A DNA stretch of 63,688 nucleotides, filler included, from Globobulimina sp. (GCA_003354225.1; 19 parts of 19 records of this genome joined end to end with filler, not necessarily neighbours in it), one strand, 5' to 3'; counted from the first letter of the whole stretch, positions 48,232 through 59,794 are shown. The notes: generated by a model not told the origin, from the sequence alone. Translations and numbers: made by a program.

Positions 48232-50269
48232 ATGTCACTTTTCGTATCACTCCACCTATTGATATTATATTACATAGCATGCAATTCCCAATCAACTTCG
48301 CTACCGATATGGGAAGAAGCTCTAACTTCGCTACCAATTCCATTATCTCGCTTCATAGTAGGCTCATACTTAGATAATTTGTATTTAGTTGGTGGTGTAA
48401 CCGATGAATTTGGTGCCACGCCAAATGCCAACATCTATGTATTAAACCTAACCGATGGTTCATCCACACTCATTGATACCGATAATACAGCTCAATGGCG
48501 AAATTTCAGTGATGTGCCAGCCGGAGGTCTATGTTGCTTCGACACCCAATACAAAGGCGCATTGACCATGCATTCCACTGGCTATTCCCAGACAGATAAC
48601 ATGTTATTCATAGTGCCCTATGTCAGTGAAGCAACCAATAAGCCCGCAGTCCTCTTAATATTTGACATGGATAGAGACTCATTTCGTTCTCCAAACTACC
48701 AATACCTACTTCCAGAGCCATTATCCGATCCATGTGTACTATCCACGCAATCCTCTGTCTATTTAATTGGTGGCGTATTGTACACACCGCCGGGCCAAAT
48801 AGATTGGAAGAATACCTTCCAAATCTACAACATCTCCAATGATTCCTGGTACCGCGGGCCTGATTTAGTCGTTGCCCGCAGAGGCAGTGCCTGCAGTATA
48901 TTGGGAAACAACATCTATATATTTGGCGGTCGCGGCGCTGATGGACATTTAGACACTATCGAACGGTACAATTTATTGAATCAGCTGGGTTGGCAGATAT
49001 TATCTGCTGCAGTGTTGAAGAAAAAAGACGAAGCATTGAGGTATATACCCCATACATCCACATCCTTGCACAGCATATTTAAGTTACATTCGTCGCATAA
49101 AACGTTTCTGTTAAATACAAATAATGTTTCTCAGCGCAATCGTGGACAAAGAAAACGATTTAATATATTTATTTGGAGGCACTGGAAACACTTCGCTCAT
49201 CCAAGTGTTTGACAAAAACGACTATATCGTGGACATGTTTTACTTAACAGACGATCGAGGACGGATACTGGAGCAAAAAAAGAAGTTTCCAGTCATGTTA
49301 AGCGATGTAGACGACCGTGGCTATGGTGGCCAGAATGCGACTGTGTTGATAATGGGCGGGGATCGCCAGACACAGAGTTCTATCGTACCGACAGATGAGA
49401 TCTATGCCACTTCTATCAATGCATTGAGCTCATATTACCTGCAACAAAAACGCAGTGAGCCGCTACAAGGCATTGCTAATTTTAACAGTGTGCCGTCCGG
49501 CAACAGTATAAGTGTCATAATACAGATCAATTTGATGACCAACAAGGTGTATATCACCATGGATGGTCCAGCGGATCGATATTTTGCCATTGGATTCGAC
49601 GCAAAAACTATGAGCGATCAGCCGTATACAGTCTTCGTTTATGGCACTGCGCCGGCTGTGGGTAATGGTATCGCGGAGCATAAATTAGGTACTCGTGGCG
49701 TAGGAGAAGTGTTGGCAGCGCCATCCATGCTAACTTTGCAGGAATTAACTGATTATCCCACCAATATAAATAATAACACAGTCATGTATAGGGAGGTGAA
49801 GCTCGAACGCGATCGGATTGGATTGACCAATGAGCATTTTACTTTTCCCAGCACGGAATCGGAGCTTGATGTGATATTTGCCCATGGTTCCACTGCCTCG
49901 CATGCATTGAGTTATCACTTCCCGACCAACCGAGGCAGCGCAAAGATGCTTTTCTTAGGCACTGCGTGCAAACCTGACGGCTCAGAGTGTCTCAATCCGG
50001 ATGTTGATTATTGTTGCAATGATCGGAGTAGCTGTGATGAAGTGATACAGACTGATATTCACGGCGTGCCTTCAGTGGATATCGCCTGTTGCATTGGCAA
50101 TGATGACGATGTATCGCCGTGCTATTTGGATGGGGAATGCTGTGGAGATTATACATGCGATATGGCGACGTCTAGCTGTGTCGAACCAAGTTGTTTTGAA
50201 GATGCTCATGCCTGCAATGTGGGGGATTGTTGCTTGCGGAGTGAAAGCCAATGTGCTGTTCAATATGAT
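48232..50269 (+). CDS. Secreted Kelch-repeat + DOMON + Cys-rich repeat protein; intron 49041-49134; 3' partial
   Basis: Signal peptide. Kelch: LYLVGG, VYLIGG, IYIFGG, IYLFGG. DOMON: ITMDGPADRYFAIGF...M...VIFAHG...YH...RG. Followed by CC-containing repeats. Confidence 0.8.
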
Positions 50270-50369
50270 NNNNNNNNNNNNNNNNNNNNNNNNNNNNNNN
50301 NNNNNNNNNNNNNTTAATTAATTAANNNNNNNNNNNNNNNNNNNNNNNNNNNNNNNNNNNNNNNNNNNN

Positions 50370-51890
50370 CTTATCGCATCCAACAAAGAACCACCACAAA
50401 AAGCACAATGCTCAAAACCTGTGGTGTACAGTGTTATTGGTTTAACATTTTTTATTGTAATATGCATTGGAATAATAATATTTGTATTTGCCTCCTCAAC
50501 AGAGTCAGAAAATATTGACATCCTTGATCGACAATGGTTTTATGATGTAATCCTGAATGAAGAAACGGATGACACCAATTTATCACATGGTATATTGTTG
50601 AAACAATTAACTTTATACAGACCTGAACAAGGTCTATACCGCATAGACTTTGATGGATATTGGAATTATACTGGCGACAATACAATGGAATTAAATATTT
50701 TGTTAAGCGCTCAATCACAAATTATATATAATTTCGCAAATGCTTATCAAAATACCACATACCAACCTTTTTTAAATGCAATGTATAACGGATTACAAGT
50801 ATTATTAACGCAATTTTATGATGATATTTATGGTGGATATTATCGATCAATCACTAAATATGTCAATGGAAGTTATGAGATTGTGGATTCTCAGAAAGAT
50901 TCATGCCATTTAAGGTAATATGTACATTCAACATATGTATTACAGATATTTCCATCAAAACCAGTTCGGATTTTGACGGATTTTAGAGAAATATGTTCCG
51001 AATTCTGATACATATGTTGTTGTACAATTTAAAGTTTTGCTATCATTGCATTATGTAAATCATACCAAGTAACTTTAAATGAGACGTATCTGCAGAAAGC
51101 GAGTGATATTTATTGGATATTAATAAATAATTTCATAGATTCAACAGGTAGCGGACTATATTATTATTTACATAGAAATATGACACAAACAATGGACAGA
51201 TATAAATCTGATGAGAATATGTTGTATTATTTTCATTCATTAATGAAGCTATACGATGCATATAAGCGATATTATAATTATAATGAGATTATAAATGGGC
51301 CGATGTTGATTGAAATTAATCACCGAGTCAATGCTATCTATGATTTTATAATGTCATTGCGAGTAAATACAAATTTTACAGTTGGAAATAGTGAGAACAT
51401 GGTTGAATATTTAATATTGCCATCACAATATGATGAGAATTGGACGGCAAATAAACCATATCATGAAAATATAAATTTTGGACATAATTTTCAATATACA
51501 CTATTTATTTGGCAATATATTGAAATGGATATAATTGAAGGGAATGAAACAAATGTATGGAATGCAAATAATATATTTAATTATAGTTTATATGTTGGAT
51601 ATAATCAAAGTGTGTCTTTGACCAAAAATACTGTTTTTTGGGTTGGTATTCAAGCATTAAGGAGTATGATTTATTTTTATTATAAAAACCCAGACGCTGA
51701 TTATAATAATTTACAGTTGTTTCATTTTATAAATGAGGCACATAATCAATATAAATCTGTTTATTATGATAATAAATATGGCGGAATATATGAAAATCCA
51801 ATGCAAGGAATGTTTGATAAATCGAAAAACACAAAGGTTGGTTACCATCTTTCGCAATCTTGTTTTGATATATTAAAATGGACTGTATAA
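50370..51890 (+). CDS. Membrane-anchored AGE/cellobiose-epimerase-like (alpha/alpha)6 protein; intron ~50915-51033; 5' partial
   Basis: FYDDIYGGYY, KD..FAIIAL...YLQKA, NFGHNFQ, FWV..QA, YYDNKYGG, KVGYH; N-terminal TM. Confidence 0.6.
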
Positions 51891-51978
51891 TAACTTTTAG
51901 ACCCTTTAAATCAAGAATAATAGGGATGCTAATTAACATTTTTGTTTTTAAAGTTTTTGAGTCGAATCACCTTTGATC

Positions 51979-52886
51979 ATGGCAACAGAACTAGTCTACA
52001 CCAGAAATATGAACAGAAAACGACACCGTGAAGAAAACAACATAAGTAATCATACACCAGTTAAACGACGTAAACTACATCAAACAGCATATGATTCATA
52101 TTATGTTGAGAAAGAAAACCAATCATATTCATATAACAAACCATCCAAACCATTATATTTCAACGCATGTTCACCATTTCAGCCTTCACTGTTAATAAAT
52201 ACATACAAATCTATATTCTATACATACATTTTACAAAAAGCACAATATTGCTTAGGATAAACACCGCATTTGAAAAACTGAACCATTTTTGGGGAGAAAC
52301 AAGAGATTTTAAAGAAAAAAAGATAGCTAATAATGATAAATGTAGGTTTGATTTCCATTCATTGGTGAAAACCTTAACAAGTGAGTTTGAAGAAGAAAAA
52401 GAAAAAAATGAGTTTACTAATTTAGCAAAAGAGATCGAAAAATTAAACATCAATTTATCCTCAAAACAAATAGAGAAAATAATCAATGACAAACATGAAA
52501 TAAATGATATGATACAAAGGATAAAACAATTAAATATAAACGTCAATGATAATAAACATAATCGTAAAATGATGAAATTATTGCACAAATTAAGTGAATT
52601 AACAATTGATCATAAATATAAATACAAATATGATGACTTTGATGTTGCGGATAATGAACATAAATATGATTGGAATGAACCTAATAAATATAAGAAATGT
52701 AATAGAATACAAGTGAATGATATAGACATTGGACATGATATTGACTCAGATAATGGAATTGATAATCAATTGGAAAGTAATAAAGACGCAAAATCAAAAC
52801 ATAAATCTGTTGTTCATAAATGTGTAAAATTTATGATATCAATGTTGATGATTGGAGCGCCTTTGTTTTATTATTATGTCAATTGA
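51979..52886 (+). CDS. Hypothetical protein with basic NLS-like N-terminus and C-terminal hydrophobic anchor; probable intron
   Basis: RKRHR...PVKRRKL; C-terminal FMISMLMIGAPLFYYYV. Confidence 0.45.
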
Positions 52887-52985
52887 TTTCTTAGTGTTTT
52901 GAAGGAGTTTCTCGAACCAAAAATTTTTACAGTTTTTTTTTCTCTCTTTATTTATCCTTCAAAAACGTTAATTTAAGTCACAGCA

Positions 52986-53624
52986 ATGTTGCTAATTGCA
53001 TTGATGGCGTTAGCTATGTTGATATTCATATTCTTTATACATTATTATCAACATTTCCAACTTTCATGCCAAAAGAAATCAGAATACACCGCATATTTTT
53101 GCGGTGTTTTGCACACTAATGAAGAATTTTATTTTTTCCCAACATCATTTTTACTTTATTTGGTATTTATGATAATTTTGTTTATTTTAATCATAGTGGT
53201 GGAAATTTTAAATTATTCTGATCAAAACACTGATGAAACGATTGTGGATTTATTATTGGGATATTCATTAAAATCATATCATGATAACCCATTGTCCACA
53301 ATACATGCAATCAATGCAACTCATGTCACCGATTACATTTTAATATATGCAATTTTAATACTATTCAATTGGGTTTCTTTATTTTCATTTTACAGATATT
53401 ATACAACAAAAATTTCCACCAAAAAATTCGCAGAAGTATCCGTCAAAAAATTATTTAAAAAGTTTCGAATTTATGCTGTAGTATTCTCGGCTTTATTTTT
53501 GCTCCAAATTCATTTGTATTATTGGCTGTTCCCCATCAATGTTATATTATTTTGCTCATTCAATTTTTATTGCACCTGGAAATTTGCGGCAATGCTTATA
53601 AAACACTATAAATTGTGTACTAGT
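52986..53624 (+). CDS. Multi-pass membrane protein, 3' partial
   Basis: Five or more hydrophobic segments. Confidence 0.6.
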
Positions 53625-53986
53625 NNNNNNNNNNNNNNNNNNNNNNNNNNNNNNNNNNNNNNNNNNNNTTAATTAATTAANNNNNNNNNNNNNNNNNNNN
53701 NNNNNNNNNNNNNNNNNNNNNNNNATGAATTTCATGACTCTGCAAGTATTGAACTGTACCGTGGTGAATTTTTTTTCGATTTCATTCATACAACTTTTTT
53801 TTCTATGCATTTTCATCATTGCATATATTTTTCATAATTCTGAAAAACAGGAAAAAAAAGATTAAGTTTTTAAAAAAAACATTTCTCAGAAACATAAATA
53901 GTTACATTAGTTGCGACGAAGGAAGATTCAATGAGACGAAACAATGAGACGAATTAAACAATAAAAACAAAACAAAACAAAATTAT

Positions 53987-54469
53987 TTACCACTTTTTTT
54001 TACGTCGTTTACGTCGTTGTTCACGACGCTTAAAATTTCTATCAAAAGCAACCGCTTCTCGTCTCAATCCTTCATAATATTTATGATTTGGCCCCCAAAA
54101 CCAAGTTTGTAATGTGTATCCAGGCGGGGGGGACGTATGTCGTTTGCATCTTTGTGGCCTTGTAACCGATTCCGGTATCCAACGCCTTCTTTTTTTCGGC
54201 GGATAAATCTTTCGTTTTTTTGGTGGAGGCGGTCCACTTTCATCCAATTCCAATTTATTTTCCAATTTATTTTCATCCAATTTAGTTCCATCAAATCCCA
54301 AATGATCGGATATCCAACGCATTTTATCATCCAAATTCAATTTGCTATCATCCAATTTGCTGTCATCCAATAAATCCAATGATTGATTTGATTGCAACTC
54401 ATCGGAATGATCGGATACTTCTTCTTTGTTTGATGGTTTTGCCGGTTGGGGGTCTTGCTTTCTTTCCAT
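53987..54469 (-). CDS. Small orphan protein, acidic N-half and basic C-half with NLS
   Basis: PPPPKKRKI, PPKKRRR, C-terminal RRKRRKKKW. Confidence 0.55.
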   Translation of the reverse strand: MERKQDPQPAKPSNKEEVSDHSDELQSNQSLDLLDDSKLDDSKLNLDDKMRWISDHLGFDGTKLDENKLENKLELDESGPPPPKKRKIYPPKKRRRWIPESVTRPQRCKRHTSPPPGYTLQTWFWGPNHKYYEGLRREAVAFDRNFKRREQRRKRRKKKW

Positions 54470-54534
54470 GTAATATTTAGTTTCTTTAAAAAAAACATTT
54501 CAAAGATAAAAAAATTAACATTTTTGCCGCGACC

Positions 54535-54906
54535 ATGTCAGATGCAGACAGTGACAGTGATATGGAGAATATTGTGGAGAGTGATACGGATATATATAGC
54601 GATGATGAGGACAGTGATATGGAGAGTATTGGGGAGAGCGACAGTGATTCCCCGGCGCATGCATTGGACAGCGACAGTGATATATATAGCGATGATGAGG
54701 ACAGCGACAGTGATTCCCCGGCATTGGAATCAAGGAAAAGGCCGCGATTTGAACGTGTAGTCCGAGTCCGAGTCCGCCACCTCCCAGATGATGAATTATA
54801 TAGTCCGAGTCCGCCACCTCCCAAAAGGCGGCGACTGACTCCAGCTCCCCCTATGGATAAACCAAAATCTTTTTCAATGTATAGATTTTTTAGATACGAC
54901 GGATAA
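54535..54906 (+). CDS. Small orphan protein with Asp/Ser repeats and NLS
   Basis: DIYSDDEDSD twice, SDSDSPA twice, RKRPR, PPPPKRRR. Confidence 0.55.
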   Translation: MSDADSDSDMENIVESDTDIYSDDEDSDMESIGESDSDSPAHALDSDSDIYSDDEDSDSDSPALESRKRPRFERVVRVRVRHLPDDELYSPSPPPPKRRRLTPAPPMDKPKSFSMYRFFRYDG

Positions 54907-54960
54907 AATGCCAACAATCTCATTTAGAGTCGGCCAATACATGCAATAAAATTGTATTGG

Positions 54961-55173
54961 TTTATTTTGCTTGTGTTTTAATTACTTATTGTTTTTTTAA
55001 TTATTTTGCTTGTGTTTTACTTAATGTTTGAATTGCGTGTGTTTTACTTAATGTGTTTTACTTAATGTTTGAATTGCGATATTGCGCTATTATAATTATT
55101 TAATCAATGTCTGTTTTACTTATCAAATTGCTAAAATATTATCCTTGCACTTTAGTTTTATCCTTGCACTTTA
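54961..55173. repeat. Cluster of short duplicated motifs in intergenic DNA
   Basis: ttattttgcttgtgtttta x2, gtgttttacttaatgtttgaattgcg x2, tatccttgcacttta x2. Confidence 0.7.
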
Positions 55174-55282
55174 ATCGTTGTTTGAAATTAACTGAAAACA
55201 TGCAAAAAGACCTAATAAATATGCATTAATTAAATAAAAATCTCAAGCTCAACAGGTGACGAATATTTATATAAATTCATAT

Positions 55283-56336
55283 TTAATTTTCCCCAAACAA
55301 ATCAGGGATATTTCTGTGTCTGTGCCTCTTTGCACTCCATCTAACGCCGACATAAACCATTGTTACTAAATGATTGTCAGTATTGACAGTAATCTCTGTA
55401 ATGTCCCCATAATAATATAAATTATCCGCGGCATTTTTCGCAACATTTTCAACTCCAACATAGCCAACAATGGCATCCCAATCAATGTCTTTATAATGAT
55501 GAACAACTCCAATTTTGTTTACTTTCCCGGCCATTTTAGCAAACAGATCCAATCCACACTTTTTCAACACAAATCCAGGTAAATGTTCGTACGAACGTTG
55601 CAAAGTTCGACGTTTGGTCGATACCTCACTCAAACCTGATACCATTTTCATGCACAAATAAATCAAAACTTGTGTAAATACCATCACGCAACTTTCCTAA
55701 ATCAAAACAATTGCCAGAAATTGCAAGAAATATATAACACTTAACATATATTCCTTGTTTTCTACCTTTTTTAAACGCTGCATTTTCAATCATATCCACG
55801 TCCCGTCCAACTCGCTCATATTCCGAGATAAATTCTATTTTTTTTATCCATTTTGATTCTGGTATTGATTGGATATATTCTCGATAATCACGGTCGCAAT
55901 TCATTAAACTAAAAGCATCAGTTTCAAGCATATTAGTTTCATTATGAAACGATGCTAAAACACCCCATTCCAACTGCTTGTCTTTAATACGAAATGGCAG
56001 TGATCCGACTGCTAATATTCCATGGTTTTCATTATCATTCTGTGGCATATTGATTTGATCGATATAATCCGGCAATAATCGTACAAATGCCAATTGGCAA
56101 TGCATCATATCCTGGCCATATAAATAACGAATTTTGTCTTTTTCGCGTTCCGATGTTGTTTTGCCGTCGTTTGGTGGCTGCTGTGACTTGATTCTGGCGC
56201 TACGTCGTTTCTGTGCCATGCCGGAATGGTTAGGAATGGTTAGGAATGGTTTTCGCTGTTTTTCCGGAATGGTTAGGAATGATGGATTCAGCATTTGGGT
56301 TTTGGAAGTCGAAAAGTTGAAAAATGGAAAATTCAT
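55283..56336 (-). CDS. Orphan protein(s): overlapping ORFs 55626-56336 and 55283-55687, possibly one frameshifted or spliced gene
   Basis: Two same-strand ORFs overlapping in different frames. Likely start MAQKRRSARIK near 56219, preceded by ggaatggttaggaat repeats. Confidence 0.45.
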
Positions 56337-56457
56337 GGAATTTAAATATCATACAAAAAAACACGGAGTTCAAAATATTAGATACAACAGGTTTTATTTC
56401 ATTTTCAAATCACAATATTTCAACTAAATTTCATCAAATTACAGCCACATAATCTGA

Positions 56458-56979
56458 TCTGTTTGTTCAAAGTACATCCGTGATTTAGTGGAGCATTTTG
56501 GTACGAAATTAATTGATAATAAAGAACAAAAATTATATCATGGCATCAATCAAATATTATATTTTCATAAAACAATCACGCAGTTTTATGGTCCATTTTC
56601 GACATCGGAAATGTTAGAAGTTGCTCATCGATTTAGTGATAATACCGGCTTAGTATTGGAGCTACAATACAAATTTTCCAAATATCCATTGTTATCCAAA
56701 TATTTTAACTGTGCATTTTTTTCAGATTATCCGAATGAGAAAGAATGTTTACTCATTGGTGGCAAGCCTCAAATGATAATTACAAATATTATTAATATTA
56801 CCAATGATTTTGAGAGCTATTCAGAATATATATCATCAATCAATATTTTAAATTCTGTTATGAATGGAACTTATAAACATACAGAGGATAAAAATAATGA
56901 TGGTTTGTGTTGTGAGCTGTTATCACATAAAATAAACGAGGAAGATGAAGAGGAAAAGAATGGGGAAATACCAATTTAT
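56458..56979 (+). CDS. ADP-ribosyltransferase-fold domain fragment (partial)
   Basis: LYHG...PFSTS...VAHRFS...GLVLEL...FSDYPNEKECL follows the beta1 / STS / ExE layout of ART domains. Confidence 0.6.
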
Positions 56980-57079
56980 NNNNNNNNNNNNNNNNNNNNN
57001 NNNNNNNNNNNNNNNNNNNNNNNTTAATTAATTAANNNNNNNNNNNNNNNNNNNNNNNNNNNNNNNNNNNNNNNNNNNN

Positions 57080-57473
57080 CATCCTCTCTATTTCGATAAT
57101 GTCTTTTTGTCCATTTACAGTCATTCATATTTGCACATATTTCCATATTATGACATTTTTGCAAATCATAACTAATTTTATTTAATGTTTCAGTCTCATA
57201 ATGTTTTGTCATTAAATGAATATAATCTTCTAAACACATTAAATATGAATTACTACAAAATCATTCTTTTTTTGACATAATACTTGATAATATCGCAAAC
57301 AATATGCAATACGCAATAAATGATCGCAATTCTTTACTATTTCTTCTTCCTTGTTATCAATATTACATTTTGTTGTGTTTGTTTTGAATATTTCAAAATC
57401 AAACTTCTCTGTTTCAGTCATTGTTGCTTCTGATTTTATTTCTGTATAAGTCATTGTTGCGCATGCTCCCATT
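57080..57473 (-). pseudogene. N-terminal fragment of a Cys/His-containing hypothetical protein with a frameshift at ~57239
   Basis: MGACAT...CDHLLRIAYCLRYY, then CLEDYIHLMTKH...C..TKRHYR in another frame (TAATG overlap). Confidence 0.4.
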
Positions 57474-57610
57474 TTATTTCTGTATAACACAAAACAAAAA
57501 ATCAAATGTGGTGAACCAATGTGTTGTTACTGACAAAGCTTTGGTATTATTAATGGTTGTTTTTGAGATAAATAGCTCACAAATAATATCCACAGACACT
57601 ATAATATCAA

Positions 57611-57777
57611 TGAAAGAACTGCCTTTATCGCAGAGGTTTTAGGTTTCAGGTTTTTTATATTTCGAGGTTTCAATGTTTGTAGGTCCGATTATGTTTCTTT
57701 CATTACTGCTGATCTGCAGTGAAAATATTGGTCAAACCTACAAACCTAAAACGTCTGCGATAAATGCAGTTCTTTCA
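57611..57777. mobile_element. MITE-like 167-bp element with ~43-bp imperfect terminal inverted repeats
   Basis: tgaaagaactgcctttatcgcagaggttttaggttt pairs with aaacctaaaacgtctgcgataaatgcagttctttca (2 mismatches in this core). Confidence 0.65.
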
Positions 57778-58269
57778 ATCATTGGATTGATTGAAATGGA
57801 CTCAATGGAGATGCGATTTCATAAAATAAGCAATGACTCAGACTGAGATGCTGTTTGTCAGTTTACTTTGTTCTTACTTATTCTATGAAATACATCAATA
57901 TTAACTGTGTGTGGTGGTGGTGTGATGCGACTAAATCAAAGTATCCCGATCGATATTAAATTTCTTGACCAATTTTGTGTATGCTTTGACTGGGTTGAAA
58001 TTTGATTGTTTTTATGGAACACCGGTGTTGTACCAATTGCTGCTTTACGGAATAGAATAAGGACGACCTATGGCTCTGGACCAAAAACACCAACTGACGA
58101 AGGCATCTAATTATACTCAGTCAACGTTTTTGAGTGGAAAGTTAACTTTGCTACGTGCAGAAATGTCAGAATTTTAATTGGATTTGCGTTTCAAACTAGA
58201 GACAAAGTGACAAACTACAATAAACTATAAGGCAGAGTTTAAATATAAAACAATACAACTTGCAATAAT

Positions 58270-59745
58270 CTATTTATGTTTTCTGGCGGATTTATGTTTC
58301 TTCTTTTTTTTCTTTTCCAGTTTCATTTTCTGCAACAACTCCTTTATCTGCGTCCTGCAGTCAATATAATAATCCTCCAAAATCTGCTTATCCCTCCAAT
58401 ACGCCGTCAACAACGACTTGCGCACTTCCTCCAACTCGACAACACTCGCATCCTCACACACATATTGCTCCAAATCGAACTCCTTACAAATCTCGCAATT
58501 ATCCGTAAACAACATCGATATGATATACTCCGGCGAGCGAACATCCACTTCATTGCCATCGCCATCCTCCAACTGTGGCACCACCGGCATCTCCCTACGG
58601 ATCATCGTCATATCATCGTAATTGCCGTTCTGTGCCTCCTCCTCCTCCATTTCCACCGCCTTACTCTCACTCTCTATATGCACCACTTTCTGCGCCTTAT
58701 TCACATGAACCACTTCGTCATCGGTCACTGGCTCCGCATTGTAAATGACTTTCTTCTTCTTTTTCTTCTTCTTTTTCTTCCGCAGCTTCTTCCCTTTCTT
58801 CTCGCGGTACTTCTCGATCTTCGGCATAATGTTCACGATCAACTGCTGAATCACACTCTTTTTCGGCGCATTTTTGATAAACGCATTCTTCAATAACTCG
58901 CTCGCCGTGCTTCGTTTCTGTGCATTTTTCTGCAAAAACTTGCCCAAAAACGCGCGCAGACTCTGCGAGAACTCGCCGTCGGCGCTCAAGGTCGGCGCGG
59001 GATTGCTGGGGATGGTCAACAATGCGCGCAATGGATGTAAGTGAGCCAGCGGTGGCTGGCCGTGCGCCATCTCAATGATCGTGATGCCCAACGACCAAAT
59101 GTCGGCCTTTTCGTTGTAATTGTTCTCTTTCAGCACTTCGGGAGCCATCCAAAAGGGAGAGCCGATCACGGTGTTTCTGCGCGATATGGTCTGTGCGAGT
59201 TGCGCACTGACGGCAAAATCGGATAATTTGCACTGACCATTGGCGGATAGCAAGACATTGCCACATTTGATGTCGCGATGGATGATGTTATGGGAATGGA
59301 GGTATTTGAGGCCGGACAAGACGTGCTTGCTTATGATGGCAATCTGTGTTTCTGTGAAGGTTTTTTTAGTGATTTTTAGGATGTCAGCAACGGAGCCAGC
59401 ACTGCAATATTCCATAGTGATCCATATCTCGTCAGAGTGCCGATATGAGCCGAAATAGTTTACGATGTATTTGCTGCGGCATTTGGACAGGATTTGGATC
59501 TCACGGATCAATTCCTTGGTGTTGTCGGTCTCGATGCCCACGATCTTGATGGCGATGGTCGAGTTATCGCGGACGTCGCGCGCACGGACTACGCCTCCAT
59601 AGGAGCCGGTGCCGAGGGTGTCGTCTATGGAAAAGAGCTGAGTGGGGTCGTCGTTGAAGACAACACGTTTTGGTTTGGGTTTAGGTTTGGCTTTGCGTGA
59701 TTTTTTGCTTTTCGATTTGTGTTTAGATGACGTAGCTTCTGCCAT
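58270..59745 (-). CDS. STE20/MST (Hippo-like) Ser/Thr kinase with SARAH-like C-terminal helix
   Basis: GTGSYG, AIK, MEYCSAGSVAD, HRDIKCGN, DFAVSAQL, RNTVIGSPFWMAPEV, HPLRAL..IP. Confidence 0.92.
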   Translation of the reverse strand: MAEATSSKHKSKSKKSRKAKPKPKPKRVVFNDDPTQLFSIDDTLGTGSYGGVVRARDVRDNSTIAIKIVGIETDNTKELIREIQILSKCRSKYIVNYFGSYRHSDEIWITMEYCSAGSVADILKITKKTFTETQIAIISKHVLSGLKYLHSHNIIHRDIKCGNVLLSANGQCKLSDFAVSAQLAQTISRRNTVIGSPFWMAPEVLKENNYNEKADIWSLGITIIEMAHGQPPLAHLHPLRALLTIPSNPAPTLSADGEFSQSLRAFLGKFLQKNAQKRSTASELLKNAFIKNAPKKSVIQQLIVNIMPKIEKYREKKGKKLRKKKKKKKKKKVIYNAEPVTDDEVVHVNKAQKVVHIESESKAVEMEEEEAQNGNYDDMTMIRREMPVVPQLEDGDGNEVDVRSPEYIISMLFTDNCEICKEFDLEQYVCEDASVVELEEVRKSLLTAYWRDKQILEDYYIDCRTQIKELLQKMKLEKKKKKKHKSARKHK

Positions 59746-59794
59746 GCTTTTTGTTTAAAGTGATATGAGTTTTGTATAAAAACTTTATTAAATC

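Noticed and set aside
48173-48343. Apparent overlap of the permease ORF (to 48343) with the Kelch-DOMON ORF (from 48217)
   Set aside because: Family similarity and the signal peptide place the starts at 48172 and 48232, so the genes do not overlap.
58276-58896. 206-aa His/Leu-rich plus-strand ORF
   Set aside because: It is the antisense shadow of the GC-rich kinase C-terminus.
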